Below the pieces are notes generated by a model. The model searched no databases, was not told the origin of the DNA, and was given only the letters and a program-made list of their open reading frames with translations. A DNA stretch of 64,000 nucleotides from Oculina patagonica (taxonomy: Eukaryota). The stretch is from positions 682,001 to 746,000 of the forward strand of contig NC_135770.1 in the NCBI RefSeq assembly GCF_052425735.1. The letters are read 5' to 3'. The first letter of the stretch is position 1; the number at the start of each line of letters is the position of its first letter. Both the position numbers and the translations under genes were made by a program. Below are positions 62,336 through 64,000 of the stretch, in pieces.

Positions 62336-64000
62336 GAAACACTACGACCTACCTCATTTATGCCGAACTCTTGCTTTTAATGGAATCCACCAAGACGACG
62401 AAACCGTTTGGATGATAACTCCTGACCTGTCACATCGAGGAAACATGCAAGGTTGGAAAACAAAATCAAGATATGCAAACAACAAGCGTAAATCCCTCTG
62501 TGTTCGCAGGCAAAGTGCCGCATTTTATGGGATTTTCCATTTCCCTAAATCCCGAAATATAAACACGGTGAGAAGAAAAAACAAAACGAAAACCAATTAC
62601 CAGTAGGTAAAACTTGCTCATCTTGTGGTAGTTTAAATTTTTAATTAAAACTGCGAGATGTATCTGCTCTGTGAACAATTATCACTTTATACCTAAAACC
62701 CACACTACCCAGCAGGTTAAATTGTCAAACGCGACAAATGAAAACATGTTTATATTTTCTGCCGACAGGTATTCCTATACAGTTTTCAGCCCTTGTTCAA
62801 GACATTATTCAATTTCAACCAATCACATAGTCGCTGCTAATTTCTCGGGTGTTCTTTCTACGTAAGACACTGAAGGGACTACTCAATTTTGCTGTTTACT
62901 GAGATAAAGGTTTTGAAAAATTCAAATCCCTAGCTTACTAGAATGAAACAAAAAGCTTGCTTCATTGTTATACATAACCTGCGTTCAGGCGTTTTTTCCC
63001 CGAGTAGGGAGGGTGGGCACGATTTCAGGTTATGTGATACGGGTTTTTCTGTCTTGGCGGATTCCAGGGCAACTATGACATTGCAATAACCAAAAAATAA
63101 AAAGTCAAGAAAAGCCATGTGAAAGCACGGGAAGTTAAGACTACGAAAGAGCAACGGAATCGCTATAAAACTCACATATATAACAAGAGCTAACAGACCA
63201 AGTTGTTTTTTATGTTAATTTTTCTGTGAACTCTTAGCCAGCAGGCTTCCAAAGTGAACTTGTTTTTTAAACAGAATTAGTTTTTGTTTTATGTTGTGTA
63301 CTTTATCGTTAATTGTTTAGCTAACATTTTAAATGGTCCGTTTGAATATACTTTTTTGGGAATCATGTGTAGAGGTCGAAGTTTTCTTTGCGTATAGCTT
63401 GCTACAGAAAGTGGCTCCATCGCTGTCGTTTTAGTTGTTGTGTTGTACTATCTTCCAGAGCAAACGTTTGATAGTGCAAATAACCCGTCGGCAAGGTGTT
63501 GTCTTTTGTTGATATTGTTAGTTATGCAAATAATATTGCAAACCTTAATAATAAATGAAAGAAAACTGACCATGTGAAGTGCCCTTTTTTGTTAGTACTT
63601 AAAATTTGTCAAAATTTCATATCGCACAATAGTGAATGGTGTTTTTTTATAATCGGTAGATAGAAAGTATTTTTCAGGCGACATTTAAAATTCTTCAGTA
63701 AGTAGAGTTTTTGAACTGTAAATAAATAGTAATTATAAAAAGTAATAAATAGAAAAACTAGAAGTTGTTGCAGGTGGCATCTTGATTATCCATATGGCGC
63801 TGTGACTTCTCGGAGAGTATTGAAAAATAATACGTGTTTTTAACCCCGTATAATTTTAAAAACAGGCGTTTTCTAGTTCTAACTGTGAGACAGTGCTCAC
63901 GGAATGAATGAATTGTCCGAGAATCTTCCAAATTTTACTGTGAACTGGAAAGATTTCAAAAAATAACATCAACTAGTCCGAGGATTGTATTACGTTTCCG

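Overview
Eukaryotic, AT-rich animal DNA, probably an anthozoan cnidarian such as a stony coral (inferred from gene content and repeat types, not verified). (1) + strand 1-12593: last 7 coding exons of an EML5/EML6-type WD40 microtubule-associated protein. (2) Inside its 10.2-kb intron (538-10727), on the same strand, is a tandem cluster of single-exon class A GPCRs: two intact ORFs (2679-3626, 7459-8412), one TE-disrupted pseudogene (3608-5424) and a ~95-bp fragment (6289-6383). (3) - strand 37893-17037: an apparently complete 18-exon, ~2462-aa polycystin-1-family gene (signal peptide, F5/8C, SEA, REJ, GAIN/GPS, PLAT, TMs, PKD channel), convergent with EML; all exon phases were checked by hand. 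(4) Many TEs: a 3.3-kb BEL/Pao LTR element with a 5-bp TSD and tRNA-Lys PBS, a Penelope GIY-YIG relic with a hammerhead-like motif, tRNA-derived SINEs of several types, MITEs and a LINE ORF1 relic. (5) 38-64 kb has no recognisable intact gene, only repeats and possible decayed exons. Three N gaps and several homopolymer-rich low-quality patches are present. Family names come from recalled motifs; no searches were run.
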